Shown here piece by piece: positions 14,130 to 23,561 of a DNA stretch of 49,271 nt. Positions within the stretch are counted from its first letter, which is position 1, and each line of letters starts with the position of its first letter. Where the stretch lies: positions 1 through 49,271 of the forward strand of contig JAZPZP010000029.1 of assembly GCA_045544695.1 (NCBI GenBank). Reading direction: 5' to 3'. Source of the stretch: Eubacteriales bacterium. Its GTDB lineage: Bacteria; Bacillota; Clostridia; Oscillospirales; JAAYXM01. A model generated the notes under the pieces. That model did no database searches. It saw only the letters and a program-made list of their open reading frames with translations, and had not been told where the DNA came from. The position numbers and the translations under genes were made by a program.

Positions 14130-15542
14130 TTAAAGCGGGAGAGAAAAATAAAATTCAGTTTCTCCATTCATTGATTGAGCTCCTACATTGCCTTTATGTT
14201 GGTTTATAATTGTTTTTACAATATAAAGACCAAGCCCTAAACCGGATTTGTCATTACCGCGCGAGCGGTCGGTTTTGTGGAAACGCTCAAAAACATGAGG
14301 AAGCTCGTCTTCGGCAATTTCAATTCCGTAATTTTTAACGGAAAACCAAAGCTTATTGTGGTGCGTTGCGGCGTCTATTTTAATTGTGCCGCCCTCTTCG
14401 GTAAATTTCATTGCATTTTCAATTAAATTATAAACTGCCTGGAAAATCGCGTCCTCATTAGCAAAGAGCTGTATCGATTCGGGGGAGAAAGAAACATCTA
14501 TGTTCATTTTTTTCTCGTCTATGCGTTGCTCAAAGCCAATGATTACGCGGCGTACCTGTTCGCAAAAATCATATTTTACGGCACTTGAAAGCAAGTCCTC
14601 GGATTGCAGACGCGTAATGTTGAGCATACGACTTACAAGGCGCGATAGTCTCTTAACCTCGCTTGAGATAATCTCAAGGTATTTCCGCTCGTTTTCGGGC
14701 GGAATAACACCGTCTAAAATTCCATCAACATAGCCGCCTATTGAAGTCATGGGCGAGCGCAACTCGTGCGAAACATTAGCGATAAAACCGGCTCGGAGCT
14801 CCTCGGATTTTTCAAGAGTATCCGCCATCGTATTGAATGCCTGAGTTAGCTCTCCAACTTCATCTTGACTTTTTACAGGTACACGCACCGAAAAATTTCC
14901 ATGGGCAAAGCTTTTCGCAGCGGTTGAAATTTCTTTTATTGGCTTTGTCATGGTTTTGATTCCGATAAATGCCATTATAGCCATTATTATAAATGCGATA
15001 ATTGCAGAAATGTAGAACATTCTTAAAATGTCCATAAGAAGCATACGCATCGAAGACAGTGAGGTTGTTACATAAACGCAACCCGCGACTTTCCCTTCTG
15101 CATTGCGGTAGGGTACACCTACCGTATAATTCTGCCCTTTGTAGATGCCGCCGAGTGTTCCGAAAGAAGAAAAATAGTTATCTTTTATCGTTTTTGTAAC
15201 CGTCTGTGGCTGGATTTTCAGCGTCGAGGTTACTCTTTTTGAATCTGAAGATGCAATGACCTCTCCGTTTATGTTGCACAAAACTGCATGCATACTTGCA
15301 TCACCGACGGTAGTTGAAAGAAGCATCTGGAAGGTCTTCTGACGAATTGAAGAAAACTGCGACATAACTTCGGTTGTCATATCGGACACGCGCGTAGCGA
15401 CCGTTTCGAGTGAGCGTTCTTTCTCGGCGATTGAGTATTTATATACCTGCGTTGACAGGCTGAGACCTAAAACGATGAAGCTTGCGAGAACAAGTAACCA
15501 ACCAAATAAAAAGTATTTTAAAAAGAAGCTTCTTCTCATCAT
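14130..15542 (-). CDS. Sensor histidine kinase (2 TM, HAMP, HisKA, HATPase_c)
   Basis: Two hydrophobic segments flank a roughly 140-aa extracytoplasmic region. A HAMP domain is followed by the H-box SHELRSPMTSIGGY, the N-box NLIENAMKFT and the G-box GLGLGLYIVK. Confidence 0.85.
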   Translation of the reverse strand: MMRRSFFLKYFLFGWLLVLASFIVLGLSLSTQVYKYSIAEKERSLETVATRVSDMTTEVMSQFSSIRQKTFQMLLSTTVGDASMHAVLCNINGEVIASSDSKRVTSTLKIQPQTVTKTIKDNYFSSFGTLGGIYKGQNYTVGVPYRNAEGKVAGCVYVTTSLSSMRMLLMDILRMFYISAIIAFIIMAIMAFIGIKTMTKPIKEISTAAKSFAHGNFSVRVPVKSQDEVGELTQAFNTMADTLEKSEELRAGFIANVSHELRSPMTSIGGYVDGILDGVIPPENERKYLEIISSEVKRLSRLVSRMLNITRLQSEDLLSSAVKYDFCEQVRRVIIGFEQRIDEKKMNIDVSFSPESIQLFANEDAIFQAVYNLIENAMKFTEEGGTIKIDAATHHNKLWFSVKNYGIEIAEDELPHVFERFHKTDRSRGNDKSGLGLGLYIVKTIINQHKGNVGAQSMNGETEFYFSLPL

Positions 15543-16231
15543 TCACCTGTGCTTTCGAATTTGTAGCCCACACCCCATACGGTTTTGAGCGACCATTTAT
15601 CGCTAACACCGTCAATCTTCTCGCGAAGTCTTTTGACATGGACATCGACCGTTCTCGAATCACCGAAATATTCAAATCCCCATACATCGTCGAGCAACTG
15701 ATTTCGGGTAAAAACTCGGTTTGGATTACTTGCGAGAAAGTTTAAAAGTTCAAGCTCTTTTGGTGGCATTTCCACCTTTTTGCCGTTGATTTCTACCTGA
15801 TATGCGTTCATATCAATTTTTAAATTTTCAAAGTTAAGTACATTTTTTTCCTGCTTATTTTCCTCAATCGGAGCGCGGCGGAGCACAGCGTGAATTCGCG
15901 CGATTACCTCTTTCATTTCAAATGGCTTTGAAATATAATCATCTGCACCCAAATCAAGCCCCATAACCTTGTCGAAAGTATCATCCTTTGCGGTGAGCAT
16001 AATAATCGGAACGGAGCTTTCCTTCCTGATTTCACGGCACACACCCCATCCGTCAAGCTTCGGGAGCATAATGTCGAGTAAAATCAGGTTCGGTGCAAAT
16101 GAGTTAAATGCATCCAATGCAGCTAAACCGTCATGCGCGAGAAATACTTCAAAATTATCCTTTTCAAGGTACAAGCGGATTAATTCCGCGATATTAACAT
16201 CGTCTTCGACAATAAGAATTTTTGCCTTCAT
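15539..16231 (-). CDS. OmpR/PhoB-family response regulator
   Basis: Receiver domain (ILIVEDD...LILLDIMLPKLDG...LTAKD) and a winged-helix output domain (LTPKELELLNFL...VWG...RTVDVHVKRLREK). A 4-nt ATGA overlap links it to the kinase gene. Confidence 0.9.
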   Translation of the reverse strand: MKAKILIVEDDVNIAELIRLYLEKDNFEVFLAHDGLAALDAFNSFAPNLILLDIMLPKLDGWGVCREIRKESSVPIIMLTAKDDTFDKVMGLDLGADDYISKPFEMKEVIARIHAVLRRAPIEENKQEKNVLNFENLKIDMNAYQVEINGKKVEMPPKELELLNFLASNPNRVFTRNQLLDDVWGFEYFGDSRTVDVHVKRLREKIDGVSDKWSLKTVWGVGYKFESTGE

Positions 16232-16406
16232 TTGCAGGCACCTCCTTGTAAGTTCTATTATACACCATATTTGAGGCGAATAGTTAAAAAATTGTAAATC
16301 CGTAAATTTAAAAACAAGAACAAAGACTGTTAAAAAATGGCGAAAAGCCTGTAAAATACAGTCTTTTTTTGTTATTTATTTTAATGAGAAAAAATCAAGA
16401 AAACAC

Positions 16407-16435
16407 TTGCATTTTGTATAGAAAAAGTATATAAT
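16407..16435 (+). promoter_or_regulatory. Sigma-A promoter of the dcw cluster (TTGCAT-17-TATAAT)
   Basis: TTGCAT at 16407-16412 and TATAAT at 16430-16435. Confidence 0.55.
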
Positions 16436-16443
16436 AAAGACAC

Positions 16444-16492
16444 GGTGGTGCGAAGTGGAGTGAAACTCCATTTTTGTGTTTAAATGTGGTGA
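16444..16492 (+). promoter_or_regulatory. GTGG-containing direct repeats just downstream of the dcw -10; candidate MraZ operator
   Basis: GGTGGTG (16444-16450), AGTGGAG (16454-16460) and TGTGGTG (16485-16491). The first two are exactly 10 nt apart and the third is about three helical turns further on. Confidence 0.35.
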
Positions 16493-16506
16493 AAGGAGTG
16501 AGAAGC

Positions 16507-16917
16507 TTGAAGGGCGAGTACTTACATACTATAGACGCTAAGGGTCGTCTTTTTATACCGGCAAAGTTCCGTGAGGAGCTTGGCTTTAGCTTCGTGCTCA
16601 CAAAAGGGCTTGAAAACACTCTTACCATATACACCAATTCCGAGTGGGACAAGTTTGCTGAAAAAATAAGCTCACTTCCTACAAAGCAGGCGAGAACACT
16701 TCAACGCTTCTTCGTTGCTTCGGCTCAGGATTCTACTCCTGATGCACAGGGAAGAATTCTTATTCCGCAGGTTCTTCGTGATTACGCAGGTCTTACCAAG
16801 AATGTTGTAATCATCGGTATGAGCGATCATATTGAAATCTGGGATGAAGCTTCCTGGAAGGCTCTTGACCTCGCTCCGGAAAGCATCGAAAACATTATGG
16901 AGGAAGCAGGGATTTAG
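16507..16917 (+). CDS. mraZ: Division/cell wall cluster transcriptional regulator MraZ
   Basis: (M)KGEYLHTIDAKGRLFIPAKFREEL... and a second DxxGR repeat (PDAQGRILIPQVLRDYAGL). I prefer TTG 16507 (AAAGGAG SD 7 nt upstream) over the track's 16474. Confidence 0.9.
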   Translation: MKGEYLHTIDAKGRLFIPAKFREELGFSFVLTKGLENTLTIYTNSEWDKFAEKISSLPTKQARTLQRFFVASAQDSTPDAQGRILIPQVLRDYAGLTKNVVIIGMSDHIEIWDEASWKALDLAPESIENIMEEAGI

Positions 16918-16919
16918 TT

Positions 16920-17852
16920 ATGGATATGCAGCATAACCCCGTGCTTTTGAATGAATGTATAGACGCGCTTCAGATTAAGCCGAACGGCATCTATGTCGAT
17001 GGAACGCTTGGCCGTGCAGGACATTCGAGAGAGATTGCAAAGAAGCTTAGCGGTGGCAGACTTATCTCGATAGACCGCGATGAGGTTGCCATTGAAGCTG
17101 CTAAGGTAAGGCTTTCGGAATACGCAGATCGAGTAACACTTGTGCATAGTGATTTCAGAGAACTTAAGAGAGTCCTTCACGATTTGAATGTCGAAAAGAT
17201 AGACGGAATTTTACTTGACCTCGGCGTTTCTTCTCCTCAGCTTGACGACGCAACGAGAGGCTTTTCGTATATGGCGGATGCGCCGCTCGATATGCGTATG
17301 GACAGGTCGAGTAAAACCTCAGCATACAATGTCATTAATGAATACGATGAGGTTTTGCTTAAAAAGATTTTGTTTGAATACGGCGAAGAGAGATACTCGC
17401 CGCGCATAGCATCAGAAATAGTCAAGGCGCGTGAAATTAAACCGATTGAGACTACATTTGAGTTTGTGGATATAATACGAAAGGCAATGCCGGCGAAGGC
17501 ACTCCGCGAAAAGCAGCATCCTGCGAAACGAAGCTTCCAGGCGATAAGAATTGCGGTAAATGATGAGCTTGGAGCGCTATCTGAGGTGCTTGGTGATGCG
17601 GTTGAAGCACTAAATCCCGGGGGACGTATTGCTGTCATTACCTTCCATTCGCTTGAGGATAGAATCGTTAAAAAGAGCTTTAATGAAATGGTAAATCCGT
17701 GCATTTGCCCTCCGTCGCTGCCGGTGTGTGCATGCGGCAGAGTTCCGACTCTCAGCCATGTGAGTAGAAAACCGATTTTACCGACGGAAAATGAAATTGA
17801 AATTAACCCGCGCGCACGAAGCGCTAAGCTTCGCGTCGCAGAGAAATTATAA
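16920..17852 (+). CDS. rsmH: 16S rRNA (cytosine1402-N4)-methyltransferase RsmH
   Basis: HNPVLLNECIDAL...YVDGTLGRAGHS...DLGVSSPQLD...RGFSY...ITFHSLEDRIVK are classic MraW/RsmH motifs. Confidence 0.95.
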   Translation: MDMQHNPVLLNECIDALQIKPNGIYVDGTLGRAGHSREIAKKLSGGRLISIDRDEVAIEAAKVRLSEYADRVTLVHSDFRELKRVLHDLNVEKIDGILLDLGVSSPQLDDATRGFSYMADAPLDMRMDRSSKTSAYNVINEYDEVLLKKILFEYGEERYSPRIASEIVKAREIKPIETTFEFVDIIRKAMPAKALREKQHPAKRSFQAIRIAVNDELGALSEVLGDAVEALNPGGRIAVITFHSLEDRIVKKSFNEMVNPCICPPSLPVCACGRVPTLSHVSRKPILPTENEIEINPRARSAKLRVAEKL

Positions 17853-17873
17853 AATTACAAGGAGGCATTCTCA

Positions 17874-18377
17874 ATGCAGCAGGCGTTAAATTACGCAGAA
17901 GCATACGACTTATCACGCTTTGATCGTCGCACAATACAGCGCGAGAAAGTTGCTAAGGAAAAGAGCTTAAAGCAGGCTAAAGCCGCAGAGAATAATAAAC
18001 CGATTGTATCCTTGACGGCAGTTGCTACATGGCTTTTATGTATGGCACTCCTTGTTATGATTGCATTCAGCTATATGAAGCTCAACGAGACTTCTGACCG
18101 AGTTAATCAACTCCAGCGCAAGCTTTCGGATCTCAATGAGCAGTCGCAGATGATGGAAATTCAGATAAATCAGAAGTATGGCTCCGAGCAGTTACAAAAG
18201 ATTGCAGTTGAAGAACTTGGAATGCAGAAGATTGAAAAATCTCAGATAACCTATGTCAATACAAAAACAAGTGATCACACAGAGGTAGCACAGTCAAGCA
18301 CAATGCGTGCGGAAAACTCAAAGATACTTGCAGGTATTGCAAACGGGTTTAATACAATTGTAGAATATATAAATTAG
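17874..18377 (+). CDS. ftsL: Cell division protein FtsL-like (single TM plus coiled coil)
   Basis: Its position directly after rsmH, one TM (VSLTAVATWLLCMALLVMIAFSYM) and a coiled-coil segment (RVNQLQRKLSDLNEQSQMMEIQI). It is longer than typical FtsL. Confidence 0.6.
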   Translation: MQQALNYAEAYDLSRFDRRTIQREKVAKEKSLKQAKAAENNKPIVSLTAVATWLLCMALLVMIAFSYMKLNETSDRVNQLQRKLSDLNEQSQMMEIQINQKYGSEQLQKIAVEELGMQKIEKSQITYVNTKTSDHTEVAQSSTMRAENSKILAGIANGFNTIVEYIN

Positions 18378-18482
18378 TTCGGACATATAATGGATTCAGG
18401 CTATTGGGGTAAGTAATGTGAATGAGGAATAATTTCCCGCATGACATTTGCTTGCCCTTATGTTTTCAGGAGGGAGGAGCCT

Positions 18483-20753
18483 TTGGTGGCAAAAAAACGC
18501 CCGAATAATTCAATGCGTAAGCGCATCATAGGAGTGATGTGCTTTTTTGGCATTATTACATTTATTCCGCTTATCGTAAAGCTTGTTAATGTTCAGCTCA
18601 TTGATTACGGATTTTATCAGTCGAAGGCGGCAGATCAGCAGACGCGTGACACGATAATTGCGCCTAAGCGCGGAGTTATTTATGACAGGAATATGCGCGA
18701 GCTTGCGGTCAGCGCAACGGCAGAGACCGTTTATATTGCTCCGGTTGAGCTTGCCGACAATAAAGGAAAGGATCGCTCGGCGGACAGAATTAAAACTGCC
18801 CGTGCGCTGTCTGATATTCTTGAGCTTGACTACGATACTGTGCTCGCAAAAACCGAGAAGTCAAAGAGCTATTATCAGGTAATTAAAAAGAAGATTGATG
18901 AAAGCAAGGCAAATGAACTGCGTGCGGCAATCAAAGAGCAGGATTTAGATGGTATTCATTTTGCAGAGGACACAAAGAGATACTATCCATTTGGCAATTT
19001 TGCCTCACATGTAATCGGTTTTTGTGGCGATGAGAATACAGGGCTTTCCGGCATCGAAGCTATGTATGAGGATACTCTCAAGGGATTGCCCGGACGAATT
19101 GTTGCGGCCAAAAATGCTCGCGGTACTTCTATGTCGTTTAATTATGAGCAGTACCACGATGCAGAAAACGGAAGCAATGTCGTTCTTACCATTGATGAAA
19201 CCGTTCAGCAGATCCTTGAAAAACATCTTGAAACTGCGGTAATTGACGGTAAAATCCTCCAGCGCGGTGCAGGCATTGTAATGGATGTAAAAACCGGAGA
19301 AATATTAGCACTTGCGACTATGGGTGATTTTGACCTGAATGCTCCGTTTACTCTTACCGATGCTGATGTTGAGAAAATTGATGCAGCACCTGAGGATGAA
19401 AAATCAAAGCTTCGCAGCAATCTTTTGAACGCAGCGTGGCGAAATAAAATTATTTCAGACTCATACGAGCCTGGCTCAGTATTTAAGATTCTAACAGTTG
19501 CTATGGGTCTTGAGGAGGGCGTTGTCAGCCCGAATACAAGCTTTAACTGCACCGGAGTAACTCGTGTTGCGGATAGAAATATCCACTGTTGGAAGGAAGG
19601 CGGCCACGGAGTTATAAATCTCTCGCAGGCGCTGGAAAAATCCTGCAACTGTGCGCTTATGGATATTGCAGCACGACTCGGAAACCAAAAATTCTATGAT
19701 TATGTAGAAGCTTTCGGACTTCTTGAGAGAACGGGAGTTGACCTTCCGGGTGAAGCAAACGGATATTTCTTCGGTAAAAAGGCATTTACAGACTCCAAAA
19801 ACCGCGTTTCTCTCGCAGTTGCTTCCTTCGGTCAGACATTTAAGGTAACACCTATTCAAATTATGACTGCAGTGTGTGCGGTTGTTAATGACGGTAAGCT
19901 TATGAAACCGCATATCGTCAGTGAAATTGTAGATGAGCATAACGTAACTATTAAGAAATATGAGCCTGAAGAGGTGCGCCAGATTATATCACAATCGACA
20001 TCGGACTTTATTTGCTCATCCCTTGAGAAGGTTGTGTCCGAGGGTACGGGTAAAAATGCGTATGTAAAGGGCTACCGCATCGGTGGAAAAACAGGTACGA
20101 GTGAAAAAATTGACGAGTATGTTGAGGGTGAGAAGGAAAAATATATCGCATCATTCTTAGGTGTTGCACCGATGGATAATCCGCAGTATGCCTGCCTTAT
20201 AATCCTTGACGATCCGTCGGGTACATACTACGAGGGAAGCCAGCTTGCTGCTCCGGTCGCAGGCAAGGTGTTCTCTGAAATGCTCCCGTATATGGGCTTA
20301 AATCCCGTGTACAGTGCAGACGAGCTTGTCGGTCGTGACATAGTTATGCCGCAGCTTATAGGCAGACCTGCGGGAGATGCTAAAAATATGTTAAAGCAGA
20401 ACTCATATAAAGAACTTAAGGTTAAAACTGTAGGTGATGGAGACAGCATTACCGGCCAGATTCCGGCAGGTGGTATAGTTATTCCGAACAATTCGCAGAT
20501 AATTCTCTATTGCGGCGCCGAGGTGCCGACAGATAAGGTTAAAATGCCGAATGTTACAGGAATGACGATAACCGAGGCAAACCGTGAAATCACAAATGCC
20601 GGTCTTATTATGAAGCCAACAGGTGCTGTTACATCGGCATCAAGTACGGTTACCGCATCAAAACAGCAATACGCACCGGACACCGAGCTTGCGCGAGGAA
20701 CAGTTGTAACGGTTGAATTTTATGCGGTTGCCGAGGTATCTGAGGCAGGATAA
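18483..20753 (+). CDS. Class B penicillin-binding protein (FtsI/PBP2B/SpoVD type) with two C-terminal PASTA domains
   Basis: PBP dimerisation domain; transpeptidase motifs SVFK, SCN and KTGT; two PASTA repeats (VMPQLIGRPAGDAKNML.. and VKMPNVTGMTITEANREI..). The start is probably TTG 18483 or GTG 18486, after a GGAGGGAGGAG SD, not ATG 18441. Confidence 0.9.
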   Translation: MVAKKRPNNSMRKRIIGVMCFFGIITFIPLIVKLVNVQLIDYGFYQSKAADQQTRDTIIAPKRGVIYDRNMRELAVSATAETVYIAPVELADNKGKDRSADRIKTARALSDILELDYDTVLAKTEKSKSYYQVIKKKIDESKANELRAAIKEQDLDGIHFAEDTKRYYPFGNFASHVIGFCGDENTGLSGIEAMYEDTLKGLPGRIVAAKNARGTSMSFNYEQYHDAENGSNVVLTIDETVQQILEKHLETAVIDGKILQRGAGIVMDVKTGEILALATMGDFDLNAPFTLTDADVEKIDAAPEDEKSKLRSNLLNAAWRNKIISDSYEPGSVFKILTVAMGLEEGVVSPNTSFNCTGVTRVADRNIHCWKEGGHGVINLSQALEKSCNCALMDIAARLGNQKFYDYVEAFGLLERTGVDLPGEANGYFFGKKAFTDSKNRVSLAVASFGQTFKVTPIQIMTAVCAVVNDGKLMKPHIVSEIVDEHNVTIKKYEPEEVRQIISQSTSDFICSSLEKVVSEGTGKNAYVKGYRIGGKTGTSEKIDEYVEGEKEKYIASFLGVAPMDNPQYACLIILDDPSGTYYEGSQLAAPVAGKVFSEMLPYMGLNPVYSADELVGRDIVMPQLIGRPAGDAKNMLKQNSYKELKVKTVGDGDSITGQIPAGGIVIPNNSQIILYCGAEVPTDKVKMPNVTGMTITEANREITNAGLIMKPTGAVTSASSTVTASKQQYAPDTELARGTVVTVEFYAVAEVSEAG

Positions 20754-20767
20754 GAAGGGAGATTATT

Positions 20768-22204
20768 ATGCTTTTGCGAGATGTGCTTGAAGGCATTGAG
20801 GTCATATCAACAAACTGTGATTTAAATATGGAAATATCCTCTGTTTGCCATGACTCACGCAATGTGAGCGAGGGCGCGCTTTTCGTTGCCATTTCAGGCT
20901 TTCAGACGGACGGAAACCGTTTTGTAAAGGCGGCTCTTGAGGGTGGAGCAAAGGCAGTTCTTACCGAGAAGGCAGATGATAGTATTCCGTATATTCAGGT
21001 GCGTGACGCAAGGCTCTCTCTCGCAATTGTTGCGGCAAATTTCAATAGGCATCCTGCACGCGAAATGAAAATGATCGGCGTTACCGGAACAAACGGTAAA
21101 ACGACGGTTACATATCTTTTAAAGCAGATACTTGAGGATAGCGGCGCAAAAGTCGGCCTTATCGGAACAAATCAGAATATGATAGGGGATGAAATTATTC
21201 CGACCGAGCGCACAACACCTGAGCCTAACGGTTTGCAGGCTTTGCTTCGTGAGATGGCTGATAAAGGCTGTACGCACGTTGTTATGGAAGTTTCCTCCCA
21301 TTCTCTCGTTCTTCACCGCGTTTATGGAATTGAATTTGAGGTTGGAATTTTTACGAACTTAACACAGGATCATCTCGATTTCCATAAGACGATGGAAGCG
21401 TATGCCGAAGCTAAGGCAGAACTCTTTAAAATGTGCAAATACGGTGTTGTGAATTTAGATGACCTTGCGGCAGAAACAATGCTAAAAGGTGATTGCAAGT
21501 ATCTTACATATTCAACTAAAAAGAATAAGGCGGATGTACTTTGCAGCAATATAAAGCTTCGTGAAAAAGGCGTTGCTTTCGAAGTCATTCATAACGAAGA
21601 TATTGCTCATATTGAACTTGGTATTCCGGGCGAATTTTCAGTTTATAATGCACTTTCGGTTATTACAGTTTCTATAGTGCTGGGCATAGAATTGCCTCGT
21701 ATAGCAAAAGTGTTACTTAGCGCAAAGGGAGTTTGCGGTCGTGCAGAAGTAGTTCCTGTCAATGCAGACTTTACCGTTATGATTGACTATGCTCATTCTC
21801 CGGATGGACTTGAAAATATACTTAAAACAGTTCGCGGTTTTGCCAAGGGCAGAGTTATTGCCCTTTTCGGTTGTGGTGGAGACAGAGATGCAACAAAACG
21901 CCCGATTATGGGTGAAATTGCGTCGCAGCTTGCGGATTTTGTTATAGTAACCTCGGATAATCCGAGAACTGAAGAACCAATGGCTATAATTGAACAGATC
22001 TTACCGGGCATAAAAAAGAAAAAATGCTCGTATCACGTTGAGGTTTCTCGTCCGAAAGCAATTCATTACGCACTTTCCAATGCGCGTCCCGGTGATGTAA
22101 TCGTGCTTGCGGGTAAAGGTCATGAAACCTACCAGGAAATTTGTGGAGTTAAGCATCATTTAGACGAGCGCGAGGTTGTAGCTGAATTTTTTGCAGGGGA
22201 GTAG
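20768..22204 (+). CDS. murE: UDP-N-acetylmuramoyl-L-alanyl-D-glutamate--2,6-diaminopimelate ligase MurE
   Basis: GVTGTNGKTT P-loop, DYAHSPD, and a DNPR motif (VTSDNPRTEEP) indicating meso-DAP specificity. Confidence 0.95.
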   Translation: MLLRDVLEGIEVISTNCDLNMEISSVCHDSRNVSEGALFVAISGFQTDGNRFVKAALEGGAKAVLTEKADDSIPYIQVRDARLSLAIVAANFNRHPAREMKMIGVTGTNGKTTVTYLLKQILEDSGAKVGLIGTNQNMIGDEIIPTERTTPEPNGLQALLREMADKGCTHVVMEVSSHSLVLHRVYGIEFEVGIFTNLTQDHLDFHKTMEAYAEAKAELFKMCKYGVVNLDDLAAETMLKGDCKYLTYSTKKNKADVLCSNIKLREKGVAFEVIHNEDIAHIELGIPGEFSVYNALSVITVSIVLGIELPRIAKVLLSAKGVCGRAEVVPVNADFTVMIDYAHSPDGLENILKTVRGFAKGRVIALFGCGGDRDATKRPIMGEIASQLADFVIVTSDNPRTEEPMAIIEQILPGIKKKKCSYHVEVSRPKAIHYALSNARPGDVIVLAGKGHETYQEICGVKHHLDEREVVAEFFAGE

Positions 22205-22208
22205 AATT

Positions 22209-23543
22209 ATGGAGCGAAGAGCGATTTCTTCATTCGCATCATATTTGAATATTGAAAAAAGTTTTCCTGATATTGAAATCTGCGGTGTGGAAAAGGATAA
22301 TCGCAGTGTTAAATCAGGCGATTTATTCGTTGCAATCCGCGGCGAGAAATTTGACGGGCATGATTTTGCTACATCAGCGGTTGAAAATGGCGCGGCTGCA
22401 GTGCTTTGCGAGAGAGAGCTTAATTTAGATGTTCCGTGCCTCATTGTTGAGGATAGTATCAAAGGATTACAGGCAATTGCAAGTGGATACAGAGCGGAAT
22501 TTTCTCCTAAGGTTGTCGGAGTAACAGGAAGTGTCGGCAAAACCACGACTAAGGAAATGATTGCAAGCGTGCTTTCCGAAAAGTATAACACGCTCAAAAC
22601 TGAGGGGAATTTGAATAATGAAATAGGGCTTCCATTTACCATTTTGAATTTGAATAAAAATCACGAGGCGGCTGTAATCGAAATGGGAATGAACCATTTT
22701 GGCGAAATTTCGCGTCTTACACGCATAGCGCGCCCTGATATTGCTGTAATCAGCGCGATTGGTGAGTCGCATATTGAGTTTTTAGGCTCTAAAGAAGGAA
22801 TTTTAAAGGCGAAGCTCGAAATTTTAGAAGGCCTTTCGGATAATGGAACTGTTGTTCTAAACGGCGATGATGAATATCTTCTTTCACTTAAAGGTAAGCT
22901 TCCGTTTAAGACGATTTACTATGGCTGTAATAATGAAGCTGTTGATGTGTTTGCAACCGCAACAAGCAGCAGTCTTAATGAGATTACATTTACTGTAAGA
23001 GAAATGGGGAATTTTGAGTTTAAAATAAATTGCGGTGGAGAGCATAATTTGAAAAATGCGCTCGCGGCGATTGCAGTGGGCAGAGAACTCGGCTTAAACA
23101 ACGAAGAAATCGCCCGAGGACTTGATAGATTTGAAAACACGGGAATGCGCCAGAAAATAATCAAAAAAGACGGACGCACAATAATTAACGACTGCTATAA
23201 TGCTAATCCCGATTCTATGAGAGCGTCTCTTAAGCTGCTTTCAGAAACAAGTGGCAGAAAAATTGCGGTTATTGCAGATATGTTAGAGCTTGGTGAAAGC
23301 TCTAAAGATGCCCATACAGAGCTTGGAAAGCTCGCAGCAAATGCGGCGGATATAATTTTTGTGACCGGCAATATGCGAGATTATGTTTTGAAGGGCGCTG
23401 ATGGTGCTGAAATTTATGCGTTTGAGGATGTAGCTTCTCTTTGTACAAAGCTTAAAGAAGTATGGCACACTGGAGATACGGTGCTTGTAAAAGCAAGTCG
23501 AGGAATGCGTCTTGAGCGTGTTGTTGAAAGTCTTTGTGAATAA
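22209..23543 (+). CDS. murF: UDP-N-acetylmuramoyl-tripeptide--D-alanyl-D-alanine ligase MurF
   Basis: GVTGSVGKTTTKEM, NNEIGLP, EMGMNHFGEI and NDCYNANPDSM. The start is placed at ATG 22209. Confidence 0.95.
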   Translation: MERRAISSFASYLNIEKSFPDIEICGVEKDNRSVKSGDLFVAIRGEKFDGHDFATSAVENGAAAVLCERELNLDVPCLIVEDSIKGLQAIASGYRAEFSPKVVGVTGSVGKTTTKEMIASVLSEKYNTLKTEGNLNNEIGLPFTILNLNKNHEAAVIEMGMNHFGEISRLTRIARPDIAVISAIGESHIEFLGSKEGILKAKLEILEGLSDNGTVVLNGDDEYLLSLKGKLPFKTIYYGCNNEAVDVFATATSSSLNEITFTVREMGNFEFKINCGGEHNLKNALAAIAVGRELGLNNEEIARGLDRFENTGMRQKIIKKDGRTIINDCYNANPDSMRASLKLLSETSGRKIAVIADMLELGESSKDAHTELGKLAANAADIIFVTGNMRDYVLKGADGAEIYAFEDVASLCTKLKEVWHTGDTVLVKASRGMRLERVVESLCE

Positions 23544-23561
23544 AACTTAGCGGAGGAAAGT

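Noticed and set aside
16322-16370. + strand hairpin aaagactgt..(27-nt loop)..acagtcttt followed by T7, upstream of the dcw promoter
   Set aside because: It looks terminator-like, but no + strand gene lies upstream, because the response regulator is on the other strand. The large loop makes it a weak structure, and I cannot assign a role to it.
17237-22642. Long antisense ORFs inside rsmH, the PBP gene and murE/murF (for example 17237..17704, 19205..19648, 19491..19940, 22160..22642)
   Set aside because: They sit opposite strongly recognisable housekeeping genes. They are Ser/Pro/Ile-rich shadow frames with no SD or start context, which is the typical result of codon bias on the opposite strand.
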